Shown: positions 1 to 13,459, counted from the stretch's first letter. The stretch: DNA of 64,000 bases from an uncultured Actinomycetes bacterium (GCA_963829475.1 CAWHIU010000003.1:17196-81195); one strand, 5' to 3'. Translations and numbers: made by a program. Notes: generated by a model not told the origin, from the sequence alone.

Positions 1-3000
1 TCGTTCATCGGTCCAGGATGCCGCGGACAACGTGGTCGCCGGCTCGACGGCCTACAGCGCGGCAGGACACACCTCGACCTTCACGCCGTCGTCGCCGTTC
101 GCGGCTCAACACCGTGTACACCGCGACGGTCTCGGGTGTGCACGGACACGGCCGGCAACACCCTGGCTGCGCCGTTCTCCTGGTCGTTCACCACCACCGC
201 CACGCCGCCCGACACCACGCCGCCGACCGTCACGTCGACATCGCCGACATCGGGCGCGACCAGCGTCGCGACCGGCACCTCACCGCCAGGCGATCTTCTC
301 GGAGCCGGTGCAGGCGGGCACGATCTCGTTCACGCTGCGCGACGCGAGCAACGCACTCGTCGCCGGTTCGACCACCTACAACTCGAGCACGCAGACGGCG
401 TCGTTCACGCCGTCGACCGCGTTGGCGACCGCCGCGCGTCTACACGGCGACCGTGACCGGTGCGCAAGACACCGCGGGAAATGCGATGACAGTCCCCGAC
501 GACGTGGTCCTTCACCACCACGGCGGCCGCCAGCGGATGCCCCTGCATCATCTGGTCGGCCGGAGCGACGCCCACAGTGGCCGCCGACGGTGACACCGGT
601 GCGGTGGAGTTGGGGGTGAAGTTCCGGTCTGACAGTGATGGTTTCGTGACGGGTGTGCGGTTCTTCAAGGGTTCGACGAACACGGGGACGCACGTCGGGA
701 ACTTGTGGTCGTCGACGGGGACGTTGTTGGCGACGGCGACGTTCTCGGGTGAGTCGGCGTCGGGGTGGCAGCAGGTGACGTTCTCGTCGCCGGTCGCGGT
801 GACGGCGAACACGACGTATGTCGCTTCGTACTTCGCGCCCAACGGCCACTATTCGACGACGAACAGCGGTTTGGCCGCGGCGGTCGACAACGCGCCGCTG
901 CACGCGCTGGCCGGTTCGAGCTCGGGTGGCAACGGCGTCTATCGGTATGGCTCGAGTTCGGCGTTCCCGAACGCGAGCTTCCAGAACACGAACTACTGGG
1001 TCGACCCGGTCTTCACCGACGTTGCCGCCTCCCGACACCACCGCACCGACGGTGACGTCGACGACGCCGAGCTCCGGCGCGACGGGTGTCGCGACGTCGG
1101 CCGCGCCGACCGCGACGTTCAGCGAGGCGGTGCAGTCGGGCACGATCGTCGTTCACCCTGCGCGATGCCTCGAACAATCTCGTTGCCGGCTCGAGCGCCT
1201 ACAACTCGACCACCCACGTCTCGACCTTCAGCCCGACGGTCGCGCTCACCGGTGGGGCCACCTACACGGCGACGGTGTCGGGTGCGTTGGACACGGCCGG
1301 GAACGCGATGGCGGCTCCCACGACCTGGTCGTTCACGACGGCGGCGGGTGTGGGGTCGGGTCCGTTCACGATCTGGTCGGCTGGTGCGACGCCGGGGACT
1401 GCGGCGTCGGGTGATACCGGTGCGGTGGAGTTGGGGGTGAAGTTCCGGTCTGACAGTGATGGTTTCGTGACGGGTGTGCGGTTCTTCAAGGGTTCGACGA
1501 ACACGGGGACGCATGTCGGTTCCTTGTGGTCGTCGGCGGGGACGTTGTTGGCGACGGCGACGTTCTCGGGTGAGTCGGCGTCGGGGTGGCAGCAGGTGAC
1601 GTTCTCGTCGCCGGTGGCGGTGACGGCGAACACGACGTATGTCGTTTCGTACTTCGCGCCGAATGGTCACTACGCGGCCGACAACAATGGTCTTGCGTCG
1701 GCGGTCGACAACGCGCCGCTGCACGCGCTGGCCGGTTCGAGCTCGGGTGGCAACGGCGTCTATCGGTATGGCTCGAGTTCGGCGTTCCCGAACGCGAGTT
1801 TCCAGAACACGAACTACTGGGTGGATCCTGTCTTCACGTCGGCTCCTCCCGCGGCGGACACCACGCCGCCGACGGTGACGTCGACGACTCCGATCTCGGG
1901 TGCGACGGGTGTGTCGACGTCGGCCGCGCCGACCGCGACGTTCAGCGAAGCGGTGCAGGCGGGCACGATCTCGTTCGTGGTCCGCGACGCAGCCAACGCG
2001 GTGGTCGCGGGTTCGACCGTCTACACGGCGGCCACGAACCTGGCGACGTTCACGCCCACCTCGCCGCTCGCGACCTCAGCCACCTACACGGCGACGGTGT
2101 CGGGTGCGTTGGACACGGCCGGGAACGCGATGGCGGCTCCCACGACCTGGTCGTTCACGACGGCGGCGGGTGTGGGGTCGGGTCCGTTCACGATCTGGTC
2201 GGCTGGTGCGACGCCGGGGACTGCGGCGTCGGGTGATACCGGTGCGGTGGAGTTGGGGGTGAAGTTCCGGTCTGACAGTGATGGTTTCGTGACGGGTGTG
2301 CGGTTCTTCAAGGGTTCGACGAACACGGGGACGCATGTCGGTACCTTGTGGTCGTCGGCGGGGACGTTGTTGGCGACGGCGACGTTCTCGGGTGAGTCGG
2401 CGTCGGGGTGGCAGCAGGTGTCGTTCTCGTCGCCGGTGCGCGGTGACGGCGAACACGACGTACGTCGCTTCGTACTTCGCGCCGAATGGTCACTACGCGG
2501 CCGACAACAATGGTCTTGCGTCGGCGGTCGACAACGCGCCGCTGCACGCGCTGGCCGGTTCGAGCTCGGGTGGCAACGGCGTCTATCGGTATGGCTCGAG
2601 TTCGGCGTTCCCGAACGCGAGTTACCAGAACACGAACTACTGGGTCGATCCTGGTCTTCACGTCGGCTCCTCCCGCGGCGGACACCACGCCGCCGACGGT
2701 GACGTCGACGACTCCGATCTCGGGTGCGACGGGTGTGTCGACGTCGGCCGCGCCGACCGCGACGTTCAGCGAAGCGGTGCAGGCGGGCACGATCTCGTTC
2801 GTGGTCCGCGACGCAGCCAACGCGGTGGTCGCGGGTTCGACCGTCTACACGGCGGCCACGAACCTGGCGACGTTCACGCCCACCTCGCCGCTCGCGACCT
2901 CAGCCACCTACACGGCGACGGTGTCGGGTGCGTTGGACACGGCCGGGAACGCGATGGCAGCGCCGATTTCGTGGTCGTTCACAACCGCGGCAGCAGCGTC

Positions 3001-3494
3001 GACCCTCTCGAGCATCTTCTCGAGCAGCGTGACGCCGGTGGTGAGCGCTTCGAGCGACTCGGGTGCCGTCGAGCTCGGCGTGAAGTTCCGTTCCGACGTG
3101 GCCGGTCAGGTCACCGGGGTCCGGTTCTACAAGGGCACAGGCAATACCGGCACGCACGTCGGAAACCTGTGGTCGTCGACGGGCACGCTTGTTGGCGACA
3201 GCGACGTTCTCGGGTGAGTCGGCGTCGGGATGGCAGCAGGTGACGTTCTCGTCGCCGGTGGCCATCGCGGCGAACACCACCTACGTCGTCTCGTACTTCG
3301 CACCCAACGGCCACTATGCAGTCGACAACACGTTCTTCTCCGCCGCCGGTTTCGACAACGGCTCGCTGCACGCGCTGTCGAACGCCGCAGGAAGCGGGAA
3401 CGGCGTCTACCAGTACGGCGCCGCCTCGACCTTCCCGACCGCGAGCTACCAGGCGTCGAACTACTGGGTCGACGTCGTCTTCGCTACCCCGTAG
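1..3494 (+). pseudogene. Large repetitive secreted/surface protein with alternating SbsA/Big_5-type Ig-like and DUF4082 domains. The 5' end lies outside the window and the frame is broken at least 8 times.
   Basis: There are four DUF4082-like modules (GAVELGVKFRSD..GFVTGVRFFKG..NTGTHVG.LWS..G.LLA..TF.GESASGWQQV.FSSPV...NTTYV.SYFAPNGHY...NYWVD). They alternate with Ig-like modules (PPTVTSTTP.SGATGV....PTATFSEAVQ.GTI.F.....N.V.GS..Y......TFTP...L.....YTATVSG..DTAGN.M..P..WSFTT). The correct frame moves between ORFs 32-, 136-, 577-, 818-, 1086-, 2296-, 2486- and 3189-, switching near 1018, 1148, 2440, 2650 and 3190 and several times before 560. It ends at the TAG at 3492-3494. Confidence 0.75.
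577..3042 (+). repeat. Three tandem ~822-bp coding cassettes (DUF4082 + Ig-like). A fourth, diverged DUF4082 copy follows at 3043-3494.
   Basis: The string gcggtggagttgggggtgaagttccgg recurs at 601, 1422 and 2244, giving offsets of 821 and 822 nt. Long stretches such as 1262-1440 and 2084-2262 are essentially identical. Confidence 0.8.
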
Positions 3495-3497
3495 GGC

Positions 3498-4915
3498 TCA
3501 ACTCCGCTCCACGTCCGAGGAGTCTGCGGAGAGATTGCCGCCGTTCTCGTCCGCTTCGTCGGGGCGATCCACCGAAGTCGTCGGGATCTCGAGGGTGACG
3601 AGCGTGCCCCCGCCGTCGGCGCGGGCCGCGGTGGCGCTCCCGCCGTGTTCGTCCAAGGCACCACGGACGATCGACAGGCCGAGGCCGGAACCGGGCATCG
3701 AACGGGCGTCGGGGGCCCGGTAGAAGCGGTCGAACACGTGAGGCAGGTCGGCCGGTGCGATGCCCGGTCCGTGGTCACGGATGGTGATGGATCCGCCGAG
3801 TTGGCGGACCTCGACGACGGCGCCGGCTGGGCTCCATTTGCACGCGTTGTCGAGCACGTTGGCCAGGGCCCGTTCGATCTGGGCTCGACGGACGTGGACG
3901 AGGACCGGTTCCTCCGCGAGCAGGCGGGTCTCGACATCGTGGGCGTGGAGGTTCGCGCGGTCGACGGCCCGCTCGACGAGCTCGTCGAGCCGGAGCGTTG
4001 TCGATTCCTCTTCCTGAGCCGCGGCATCGTCGCGCGCGAGCTCGACGAGGTCGCCGACCAACACGCTGAGCTCCTCCATCTGCGTGGTGACGTCGCCGAG
4101 GAGCCGTTCCCGCTCGTCGGCCGGCATGTCGGACTGCCGTGCGAGCACCTCGATGTTGGTGCGCACACTCGTGAGTGGGGTGCGGAGCTCGTGGCTCGCG
4201 TCGGCGACGAGCTGGCGTTGCTGCTCGCGGGAAGCCGGCCAGCGCGCCGAGCATGGTGTTGAAGCTCGCGGCCAACCGGCCGAGCTCGTCTCGTCGGTCG
4301 ATGTCGATCGACGCGTCGAGATCCTGGGTCTCGGCTACGTGCTCCGCGGCCGCGGTCAGGCGCTCGACTGGTCGCAGCACAACGCGGGCAACGACGAAGC
4401 CGAGCGCACCGGCGAGGGCGATGCCGCCGAGCGCGACGAGGATGAGGGTGATCCGCAGCGACGCCAGCGTGTTGTCGATCTCGGCGAGGGGCCGGGCGAT
4501 CTGGACTGCGGCGCCGGTGAGGGTGGGGATCGTGATCATGCGGAAGTGGTGGCCGCCGGCCGACACACTCCGGATCACGGCCCGGTTGCCGTTGCGGGCG
4601 ATGGCGCGGTCTTCGCGGCCGACCGGGAGCTCGATCGTCTGGTCGGCCGGAGCGCTCACGGTCCCGTCCGCGCCGATGAACTGCACGCAACTGGTCCGTA
4701 CGCGGGACCGGACCGGGGTTGGTCTGTCCGTCGAATGGTGTTCTCGAGCCGAAGTCGGGCCGGTCGGCCATCCGTGTCGCCTGTTCGCGCAACGTGCGGT
4801 CGGACTCGTCGAAGAGGCGGTTGCGCACGGTGACGTACGCGATCCCCGACGCGAGCGCGATCGCGATCGCCACCGCTGTGGCGGCGAGCACCGTGAGACG
4901 GGTCCGCAGGCTCAC
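3498..4915 (-). pseudogene. Sensor histidine kinase (TM-HAMP-HisKA-HATPase), with two frame breaks near 4235 and 4690
   Basis: The N-terminal TM segment is [28 protein letters not shown], read from the 3461-5053 ORF frame. The HAMP region (RPVERLTAAAEHVAETQDLD...ELGRLAASFNTML) comes from ORF 3775-4686. The H-box SHELRTPLTSVRTNIEVL spans the break. The HATPase_c domain (NVLDNACKW...RDHGPGI...FDRFYR...GSGLGLSIV) is in ORF 3498-4166. The GTG start at 4915 overlaps the response-regulator stop as GTGA. Confidence 0.8.
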
Positions 4916-5592
4916 GATCCCTCGCGCAGGACGTAGCCGACGCCCCGGACCGTTTGGATCAGCCGCGGTTCGCCGCCCCCTTCGGTCTTGCGGCGCAGGT
5001 AGCCGATGTACACGTCGAGCGAGTTCGAGCTCGTCTCGAAGTCGTAGCCCCACACCCGTTCGAGGATCAGCTCACGGGTGAGCACCCGGCGGGGGTTGCG
5101 CAGCAGCAGCTCCAGGAGGAGGAACTCGGTCCGGGTCAGCTCGATGTCGCGCTCGGCCCGGCGGACCTCGCGGGTCTCCGGATCGAGGGAGAGGTCGGCG
5201 AACCGCATCGCCGCGCCGTCGTCGTCGAGCGTCCGTCGCAACAGGGCGCGGAGCCGTGCGAGCAGCTCCTGGAGTGCGAAGGGCTTGACGAGGTAGTCGT
5301 CGGCACCCGCGTCGAGCCCGGCGACGCGGTCGGGAACGGTCTCCCGTGCAGTGAGCATCAGGATCGGTACCGGGTCGCCACCGACTCGGAGCCGGCGGCA
5401 GACCTCGAGCCCGTCGACGTTCGGCATCAACACGTCGAGCACGATCGCGTCGCAGGGTTCGAGGGCCTGCGCCTCGAGCGCCTCCTGGCCGTCGGCCGCG
5501 GTCGCGACGGTGTAGCCCTCGTACCGCAGAGCGCGTGCCACCGCGTCGCGCACCGCTTGTTCGTCGTCGACGACCAGCACCTTCACCGTCAC
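4912..5592 (-). CDS. OmpR/PhoB-family response regulator
   Basis: The ORF is an intact 226 aa. It has a receiver domain (VLVVDDE...[14 protein letters not shown]...ILMLTAR..DYLVKPF) and a winged-helix C-terminus ([34 protein letters not shown]...[11 protein letters not shown]). Confidence 0.9.
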   Translation of the reverse strand: MTVKVLVVDDEQAVRDAVARALRYEGYTVATAADGQEALEAQALEPCDAIVLDVLMPNVDGLEVCRRLRVGGDPVPILMLTARETVPDRVAGLDAGADDYLVKPFALQELLARLRALLRRTLDDDGAAMRFADLSLDPETREVRRAERDIELTRTEFLLLELLLRNPRRVLTRELILERVWGYDFETSSNSLDVYIGYLRRKTEGGGEPRLIQTVRGVGYVLREGS

Positions 5593-5640
5593 ATCATCGT
5601 CCGGTGATGTGAGAAACCTGTGAACAACGGGTGGGTTCTC

Positions 5641-6182
5641 TCAACCACGGGTCCGACTCTGGTGGGCGAACCCCATGATGCCGTAGCCGAGCAGCGCGAT
5701 CCCCGGGAGCAGGAACCACCACTTCAACGGGATCCCGACGAGCGTCAGTGCCGTGCCGACCCCGATGCACACCGGCCAGATGCTGGTCTCGGGCAGGTAC
5801 ACCCCTCCGGAGTCGGGGTCGTCGGCGGCCGCGGATCCGGCCGCCTCCCGCTCGCGCTCACCGGTCTCGACGTCGGTCTGCACGGTACGCAGCGAGACCC
5901 AGAAGTAGCCCGCGGTGATGAACGAGAACACTGCCCCGGCGACGAACAGCACCTGACCGCTCACACCGCCGACATCGCCATAGGGATCGAAGATCGCGTA
6001 GACGACGCCCGCGGCGACGAAAGCGAACCCCATCAGCGTGAAGATCAAGGCTTCACCATGGTTCGCTCCGGCTGCGCCCTCATGGTTCGCTCCGGCTGCG
6101 CCCTCATGGTTCGCTCCGGCTGCGGTGCTCGATCGCTCACCCGTTTGGGTTCTCTTGGTCGCGTCCGCACCTTCGCCTTCGC

Positions 6183-6186
<4 letters not shown>
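5641..6186 (-). CDS. ctaF: Cytochrome c oxidase subunit IV, actinobacterial CtaF type, with a repeat-containing N-terminal tail
   Basis: It sits directly downstream of ctaD, with its GTG at 6186-6184 overlapping the ctaD TGA at 6185-6183. The four-TM pattern and the PETSIWP motif are typical of CtaF. The start is inferred from the overlap. Confidence 0.7.
6057..6124. repeat. 24-bp in-frame tandem repeat (about 2.8 copies) inside the ctaF 5' region
   Basis: The unit catggttcgctccggctgcgccct occurs twice in full plus a partial third copy. On the minus strand it encodes (AAGANHEG)n. Confidence 0.85.
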
Positions 6187-7881
<1,695 letters not shown>

Positions 7882-7885
<4 letters not shown>

Positions 7886-8657
7886 GACGCGTTCGCTCCC
7901 GTCGTCGCGGTGTCGGGGATCTCCGGCTGCGCGAGCCCGCGGTGTCGCGGCGAGCCACTGTCGTACTCGGCCACACTCACCGCCCGGAGCGTGAACTTCA
8001 TCTGCCAGTGGTTGAGGCCACAGAACTCGGCGCAGCGCCCGACCCACGTCGCCCGGCTTCTTCACGTACACCTGGATGCGGTTGGTCGACGCCGGGGATG
8101 AGGTCACGCTTCTCGAGGAACTCGGGAACCCAGAACGAGTGGATCACGTCGTCGGCGACGAGGTGGAACTGCACCGTGCGCCCGACCGGCAGCACGAGCT
8201 CGGCGGGGTGGTCGGGCGTTCCCTGGGTCGTGACCCCTTCGCCGGGGTAGTGGAACTGCCACTGCCACTGGAACCCGACGACCTGCACGCGAACGTCGGG
8301 ATCGCGCTTCAGCGTGGTGAGCTCGTCGTTGACCTGGAGGGTCAGCGCGAAGAGCACTCCGACGAGCACGAGCGGGACGACGGTGTAGAAGATCTCGAGC
8401 TTGAGCATGGTCTGTCGCTGACGCGGGACAGCGTCGGAGCGACGCCGGTAGCGGATCACCGACCAGGCGACGAGTCCCCAGATGAGCGCGACGACCGCGA
8501 TCGCGATGACGAAGAAGATCCGCCAGAGCTCGAGGGTCTTCTCACCTTGACTCGTGATCGGGTCGGGGAACCCGAAGTTGGTGTCGCACCCGGTGAGGAA
8601 CGTGGTGACGGCGAGGAGCAGGGCTGCTCGGATGGCGAGCGCGCACGTGCGGGTCAT
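7882..8657 (-). pseudogene. ctaC: Cytochrome c oxidase subunit II (lipoprotein), with frame breaks near 8040-8100
   Basis: The ATG at 8657 begins MTRTCALAIRAALLLAVTTFLTGC, a signal peptide with a lipobox. Further motifs are GFQWQWQFHYP and DVIHSFWVPEF. The CuA site RCAEFCGLNHWQM is read in a shifted frame. The TGA stop is at 7884-7882. Confidence 0.85.
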
Positions 8658-9577
8658 CGCGGCGCGGACGCTACCGGACCCGGGCGGGTCGGGGAGGGTT
8701 GCGCACGTGGTCCCGCGCCGGCGCCGGTCGCGCGCGTCGGCGGCGTCGAGCGCGCGGTCGAGTCGATCGCCTCGCCGTTCCTCGTGGCGCATCCACTGGG
8801 CGAGGACCACGCCACCCGCGGCCAGGCCGACGAGATCGCCCACCACCCACATGATCGCCGCGCCCCGGTGCTGGACCGCGACCAGCGCTCCGGCGGTGAG
8901 TCGGCCCGTGATCGAGGAGCTCCCATCGAGTGGCGTCGTGGTGCTCAGGAGCGCCAGGCCGAGGAAGGCGTGGAGCGGAACCGTGACGATCACGAGCGCG
9001 AGCCGGGCGCCGTACGGGATCCTCCAAGCGACCGGATCGAGGCCCACGGTGACCCAGAAGAAGAGACATCCGACCACGAAGAAGTGGACGTGGACGGCCT
9101 CGTGTATCCACGGCGTGTGGACCGAGAGCCCGTAGAGCGGTGAGAAGTAGAGCACGAACAGGGTGAACGCGAAGAGCGTGCAAGCGACCACGGGGTGACT
9201 GATGATCCGCACGGGCGGGGAGTGCAGGACTCGGAGCAGGCGGATCTGGGTCGAGCGGGTGCTCGCCTGGAGGGCGAGCGTGACCGGCGCGCCGAGCGCG
9301 AGGAGGAACGGCGCGACCATGCCGAGCAGCACGTGCTGGAGCACGTGAACGTCGAACCGGTCGTCGCACGCCGCGATCACCGACTGCGTGGCCACCAACG
9401 CGACCACCAGACCCGCGGCGAACGCAGCCGAGCGTGCGGGCGACCAGTCGCGGCCCCGCGCGCGAAGCGTTGGACACCGATGAGGTAGCCGGCACCGGCG
9501 AGCGCAACGAGCAGCGCGGGTGCGGGCGCGAGTGACCAGCGCGAGAGGAGTTCGGCGGCCGCCGGCACCGGGGGCAC
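8658..9577 (-). pseudogene. Caa3-type cytochrome oxidase assembly factor CtaG-like membrane protein. It has one frame break near 9440 and no stop codon before the ctaC ATG.
   Basis: The reconstructed sequence reads SRWSLAPAPALLVALAGAGYLIGVQRF..(shift)..WSPARSAAFAAGLVVALVATQS...HVLQHVLLGMVAPFLLALGAPVTLAL, followed by several further TM helices. Both the start (GTG at 9577 or 9568) and the 3' end are uncertain. Confidence 0.6.
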
Positions 9578-9635
9578 ACCGGCACCGTAGCCGGGTCTTC
9601 GAGCGGAACGCGGCTGCGGACCCGCGTCGCGCGCA

Positions 9636-10291
9636 ATGCCTGGCCGCGCCGGTCGGCCGGTGCTAGAACCGAGCGCAGTGGACCCGGTTGCCGCGGCCCT
9701 CGACTCGTCACCGGCAGTCGATCGCGCCCTGAACCCAGCCGAACGGCAACGATCGTCGCCACTCGCGGTCGGAGTCGTGGTCTGGCTCGCATCGGAGGTG
9801 ATGTTCTTCGGCGGGCTCTTCGCGGCCTGGTTCGTTCTGAAGGCGCACAACGCGCCGGCGTGGCCGCCCGGCGGCGAGCAGCTCGACGTCGCCCGCACCG
9901 GGGTGTTCACCGCGGTCCTGATCGCGTCGAGCTTCACCATCCACCACTCGGTGACCATGGCCGAAGCCGGGAAGCGGCGGGCCGCGTCACGATGGCTCGC
10001 GTTCACGTGGGTGTTGGGCGCCACCTTCATCGCGGGTGAGATCTGGGAGTACGCGACGCTTCCGTTCCCGTTCGACCGCGACTCGTACAGCTCGATCTTC
10101 TACCTGCTCACCGGGTTCCACGGCGCCCACGTGATCGGCGGCCTCGTGCTGATGGGCGTCGTGGCGTGGGTGGTGTTCACGGCCGAGAGCAAAGCTCCGC
10201 TCGGGCCGTCATGCGGGCGACCAGCTACTACTGGCACTTCGTCGACGTCGTCTGGGTGGTGCTCTTCGCAATCGTCTACGTGATCTCGTGA
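9636..10291 (+). pseudogene. ctaE: Cytochrome c oxidase subunit III, with a frame break near 10205
   Basis: Motifs present are VWLASEVMFFGGLFAAWF and YLLTGFHGAHVIGGLVLM. After the shift the C-terminus reads SYYWHFVDVVWVVLFAIVYVIS. The TGA at 10289-10291 overlaps the qcrC GTG. The true start may be an internal GTG near 9678. Confidence 0.85.
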
Positions 10292-11141
10292 AGCGGCGCG
10301 TGGGCCGACTTCACCTACGGGTGATCGGGCCGGTCGTCGGTCTCGGGATGCTGACGCTGCTCGTCGCGGTCGGGGCGCTCGCGGCCGGGGCCACGGCGCC
10401 GGCCCGTTCGGTCGCGTCGGAACCCACGGCGGTCGACCCCGATCTGGTCGCGCGCGGCAAGGAGCTCTACCTCACGGGCTGCGTCAGCTGCCACGGAGTC
10501 GGTGGTGTCGGCACCGAGAACGGTCCGCCGCTCCTCGTCTCGGGCGAGGCCGCGGCCGACTTCTACCTGCGCACGGGCCGCATGCCGCTGGCCGCTCCCG
10601 GCCAGCAGCCACCTCAGAAGCCGGTGGCCTACGACGACGCGCAGATCCGTGCGCTGGTCGCGTACGTCGGGTCGATCGGCACCGGACCGCCGATCCCGGT
10701 CGTCGATCCGAACCGGGGTGACCTCGACATGGGCGCGGAGCTGTTCCTCGCCAACTGCGCCGCGTGCCACAACTCGGCCGCCATCGGCGGCGCGCTCAGC
10801 CACGGCAACTACGCACCGTCGTTGCAGAACGTCGCGACCGAGCAGATCGCCGAGGCGATGCGGGTCGGTCCCGGTCAGATGCCGCGCTTCGGGCCCGAGG
10901 TCTTCGACCAGCACCAGCTCAACTCGATCGTGCGGTACGTCAAGTACCTGCACGAGCCCGATGATCCCGGTGGCCTCGATCTCGGGTACACGGGACCGGT
11001 ACCGGAGGGCTTCGTCGCGTTCCTGTTCGGCCTCGGTGCCCTCATCGTCGCGGCGCGTGGATCACCCGTGAGAAGCACGACCAAACCCCGGCCGGGCCCG
11101 GCGCCGTCGGCCCCGAGAAGGAGACGGCCGACCGTGGCTGA
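10288..11141 (+). pseudogene. qcrC: Cytochrome bc1 (bcc) complex dihaem cytochrome c subunit, with a frame break near 11055
   Basis: There are two CxxCH motifs (CVSCH and CAACH). A C-terminal TM anchor is restored after a 1-nt shift (..ALIVAA.WITREKHD..ADRG*). The TGA stop is at 11139-11141. Confidence 0.85.
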
Positions 11142-12081
11142 CGAACCGATCGCCGCCGCCCGACCGGCGACTCCCCCGGCGACCACGGCCCCGACGACCA
11201 CGGCTCCGACGACGGGCGCCGCCGAGGTGGCGAGCTCGTGCCCGCGCTCTTTCTGGTGGCCGCGATCCTCGCCGGTATCGCCTTGATGGTCGTGTACGCA
11301 CTCGGAGGCCAGACCCAGATCGAGGGCGTGCTCCTGTTCGTCGCGCTCGGCGGCATCGGCGCGGGGATGGTGTCGTGGGCGAAGCGGTTCATGACCACCG
11401 CGCCCGAGACCGAACCTCGCCCGCGGCTCGGCTCGACCGACGAGGAGATCGACGCGTTCTCGGACGACTTCGACCAGGGCGAGTACGAGCTCGAACGACG
11501 GACCTTGCTCACCAAGCTGCTCCTGGGCGCGCTCGGCGCCCTGGGTCTCGCGGCGTTGTTCCCGATCGCGTCGCTCGGTCCACCGGCGCGGAAGAGCTTC
11601 CGGACGTCGCCCTACAAGAAGGGCATGCGGCTCGTCACCGAGAACGGCGAGCCGGTGCGCGCCGACAGCGTGAACGTGAACGGCGTGATCACCGTCTTCC
11701 CCGAGCACGACGTGGACGACGAGTTCGCGCAGGTCGTGCTGATCGGTCTCGATCCCCAACGCGAGTTCACGCCGCGAGCCGGACGGGAAGACTGGACGCC
11801 GCACGACCTCGTCGCCTTCTCGAAGGTCTGCACCCACGCCGGCTGTCCGGTCGGCCTGTACGAGGCAGAACTTCGGCGAGCTGCTCTGCCCGTGCCACCA
11901 GTCGACGTTCGACGTGTACGACGCCGCCCGGCCCGTCTTCGGCCCGGCCGCGACCTCCCTTCCGCAGCTCCCGCTCGCCATCGACGCCGACGGCTACGTG
12001 ATCGCCGCCGGCGAGCTCTCGGGCCCGCCGGGACCGTCCTTCTGGAACCAGCAGTACCTGTGGAAGGAAGACAACCAGTGA
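11134..12081 (+). pseudogene. qcrA: Cytochrome bc1 complex Rieske 2Fe-2S subunit, with frame breaks near 11225 and 11870
   Basis: The GTG at 11134 overlaps the end of qcrC. TM helices are present, with Rieske box 1 CTHAGCPVG and, after a shift, box 2 CPCHQSTFD. The stop is at 12079-12081. Confidence 0.85.
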
Positions 12082-13452
12082 CCGACGCGCCGGTCGAGCG
12101 GACCGAGATGCGCAATCGCGCCGGTCGGCTCGGGCGCTGGATCGACGCCCGCATCGGCCTGGCGCGCGTCGGCCGCACTGCGCTGCAGAAGATCTTCCCG
12201 AACCACTGGTCGTTCCTGCTCGGCGAGGTCGCGCTCTACTCGTTCCTGGTGCTGCTCCTCACCGGCATCTACCTCACGTTCTTCTACGACCGAACACCGA
12301 CGTCGGTCACGTACCACGGCAGCTACGTCCCGCTGCAGGGCGTCGAGATGTCGAAGGCGTACCGCTCGTCGCTCGACCTGAGCTTCGACGTGAAGGCCGG
12401 CCTCGTGGTGCGCCAGATCCACCACTGGGCGGCGCTGATCTTCCTCGGCGCCATCGTCGTGCACCTCTGCCGGGTGTTCTTCACCGGCGCGTTCCGCCGA
12501 CCGCGCGAGCTCAACTGGGTCGTCGGCTGCACGCTGTTGCTGCTCGGCGTCCTCAACGGCTTCGCCGGCTACTCGCTGCTCGACGACCAGCTCTCGGGCA
12601 CCGGCCTGCGCATCGGCTACTCGGTGCTGATCTCCGTGCCGTTCGTCGGACCGTGGCTCGCGCTCGCTGGTGTTCGGCGGGCAACTTCCCCGGCGACCGA
12701 CATCATCCCGCGGCTGTTCGTCGTGCACATCCTGATCGTGCCGCTGGCGATCATCGGCGCTCATCACGGTGCACCTGGCGATCCTGATCGAGCACAAGCA
12801 CACCCACTTCCCCGGCCGCGGCGCCCGCGACGACAACGTCGTCGGCGAGCGCCTCTGGCCGACCTACACGTTCAAGGCCGCCGGCCTCTTCTTCCTGGTC
12901 GCGGCGGTCGATCGCGCTGCTCGGCGGCGATCGCGCAGATCAACCCGGTCTGGCTCTACGGCCCGTTTCGACCCGAGAACGTGATCGTCGGCGTCGCAGC
13001 CCGACTGGTACATGGGCTGGCTCGAAGGCGCGCTGCGGCTCATGCCGAACTGGGAGACGCGCATCGGTGGCTTCACCATCCCCAACCCGTTCTACGCCGG
13101 CGTGCTCCCGGCTGGTCTCGCGTTCACGGTGTTGTACGTGTGGCCCTGGATCGAAGCCCGCCTCACCAAGGACCACCGTGAGCACCACGTGCTCGATCGA
13201 CCGCGTGACCGCCCGGTGCGCACCGCGGTCGGTGTCGCGGCACTGTGCTTGTTCACCGTGCTGGGTCTCGCCGGGTCGAACGACGTGATCGCGGTGTCGT
13301 TCGGCCTGTCGGTGAACTTCCTCACCTACGCGTTCCGAGTGCTGCTGTTCGTCGCGCCGATCGTCGGCTTCCTGGTGACCTACAAGTTGTGCAAGGAGCT
13401 ACAGGATCGGGATCCGCCGGTGGTCGACCCGTATCTCGCCGAGACCGACTGA
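12078..13452 (+). pseudogene. qcrB: Cytochrome bc1 complex cytochrome b subunit, with several frame breaks between 12650 and 13010
   Basis: The GTG at 12078 overlaps the qcrA stop as GTGA. Motifs present are FPNHWSFLLGEVALYSF, VRQIHHWAALIFLGAIVVHL and GYSLLDDQLSGTGL. After shifts the sequence continues INPVWLYGPF and DWYMGWLEGALRLMP, ending KELQDRDPP..ETD*. Confidence 0.9.
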
Positions 13453-13459
13453 CTCGGAG

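Noticed and set aside
11238-13181. A 647-aa ORF suggesting a QcrA-QcrB fusion. Likewise 3461-5053(-) looks like a 530-aa protein and 7998-9407(-) like a CtaG-CtaC protein.
   Set aside because: For QcrA/QcrB, the Rieske box 2 and the real qcrA stop (12079-12081) are in another frame, and qcrB starts at an overlapping GTG. For 3461-5053, only the first ~120 codons are genuine kinase sequence. The CtaG-CtaC case is kept as a low-interest finding, because there the in-frame read-through is real in the given sequence.
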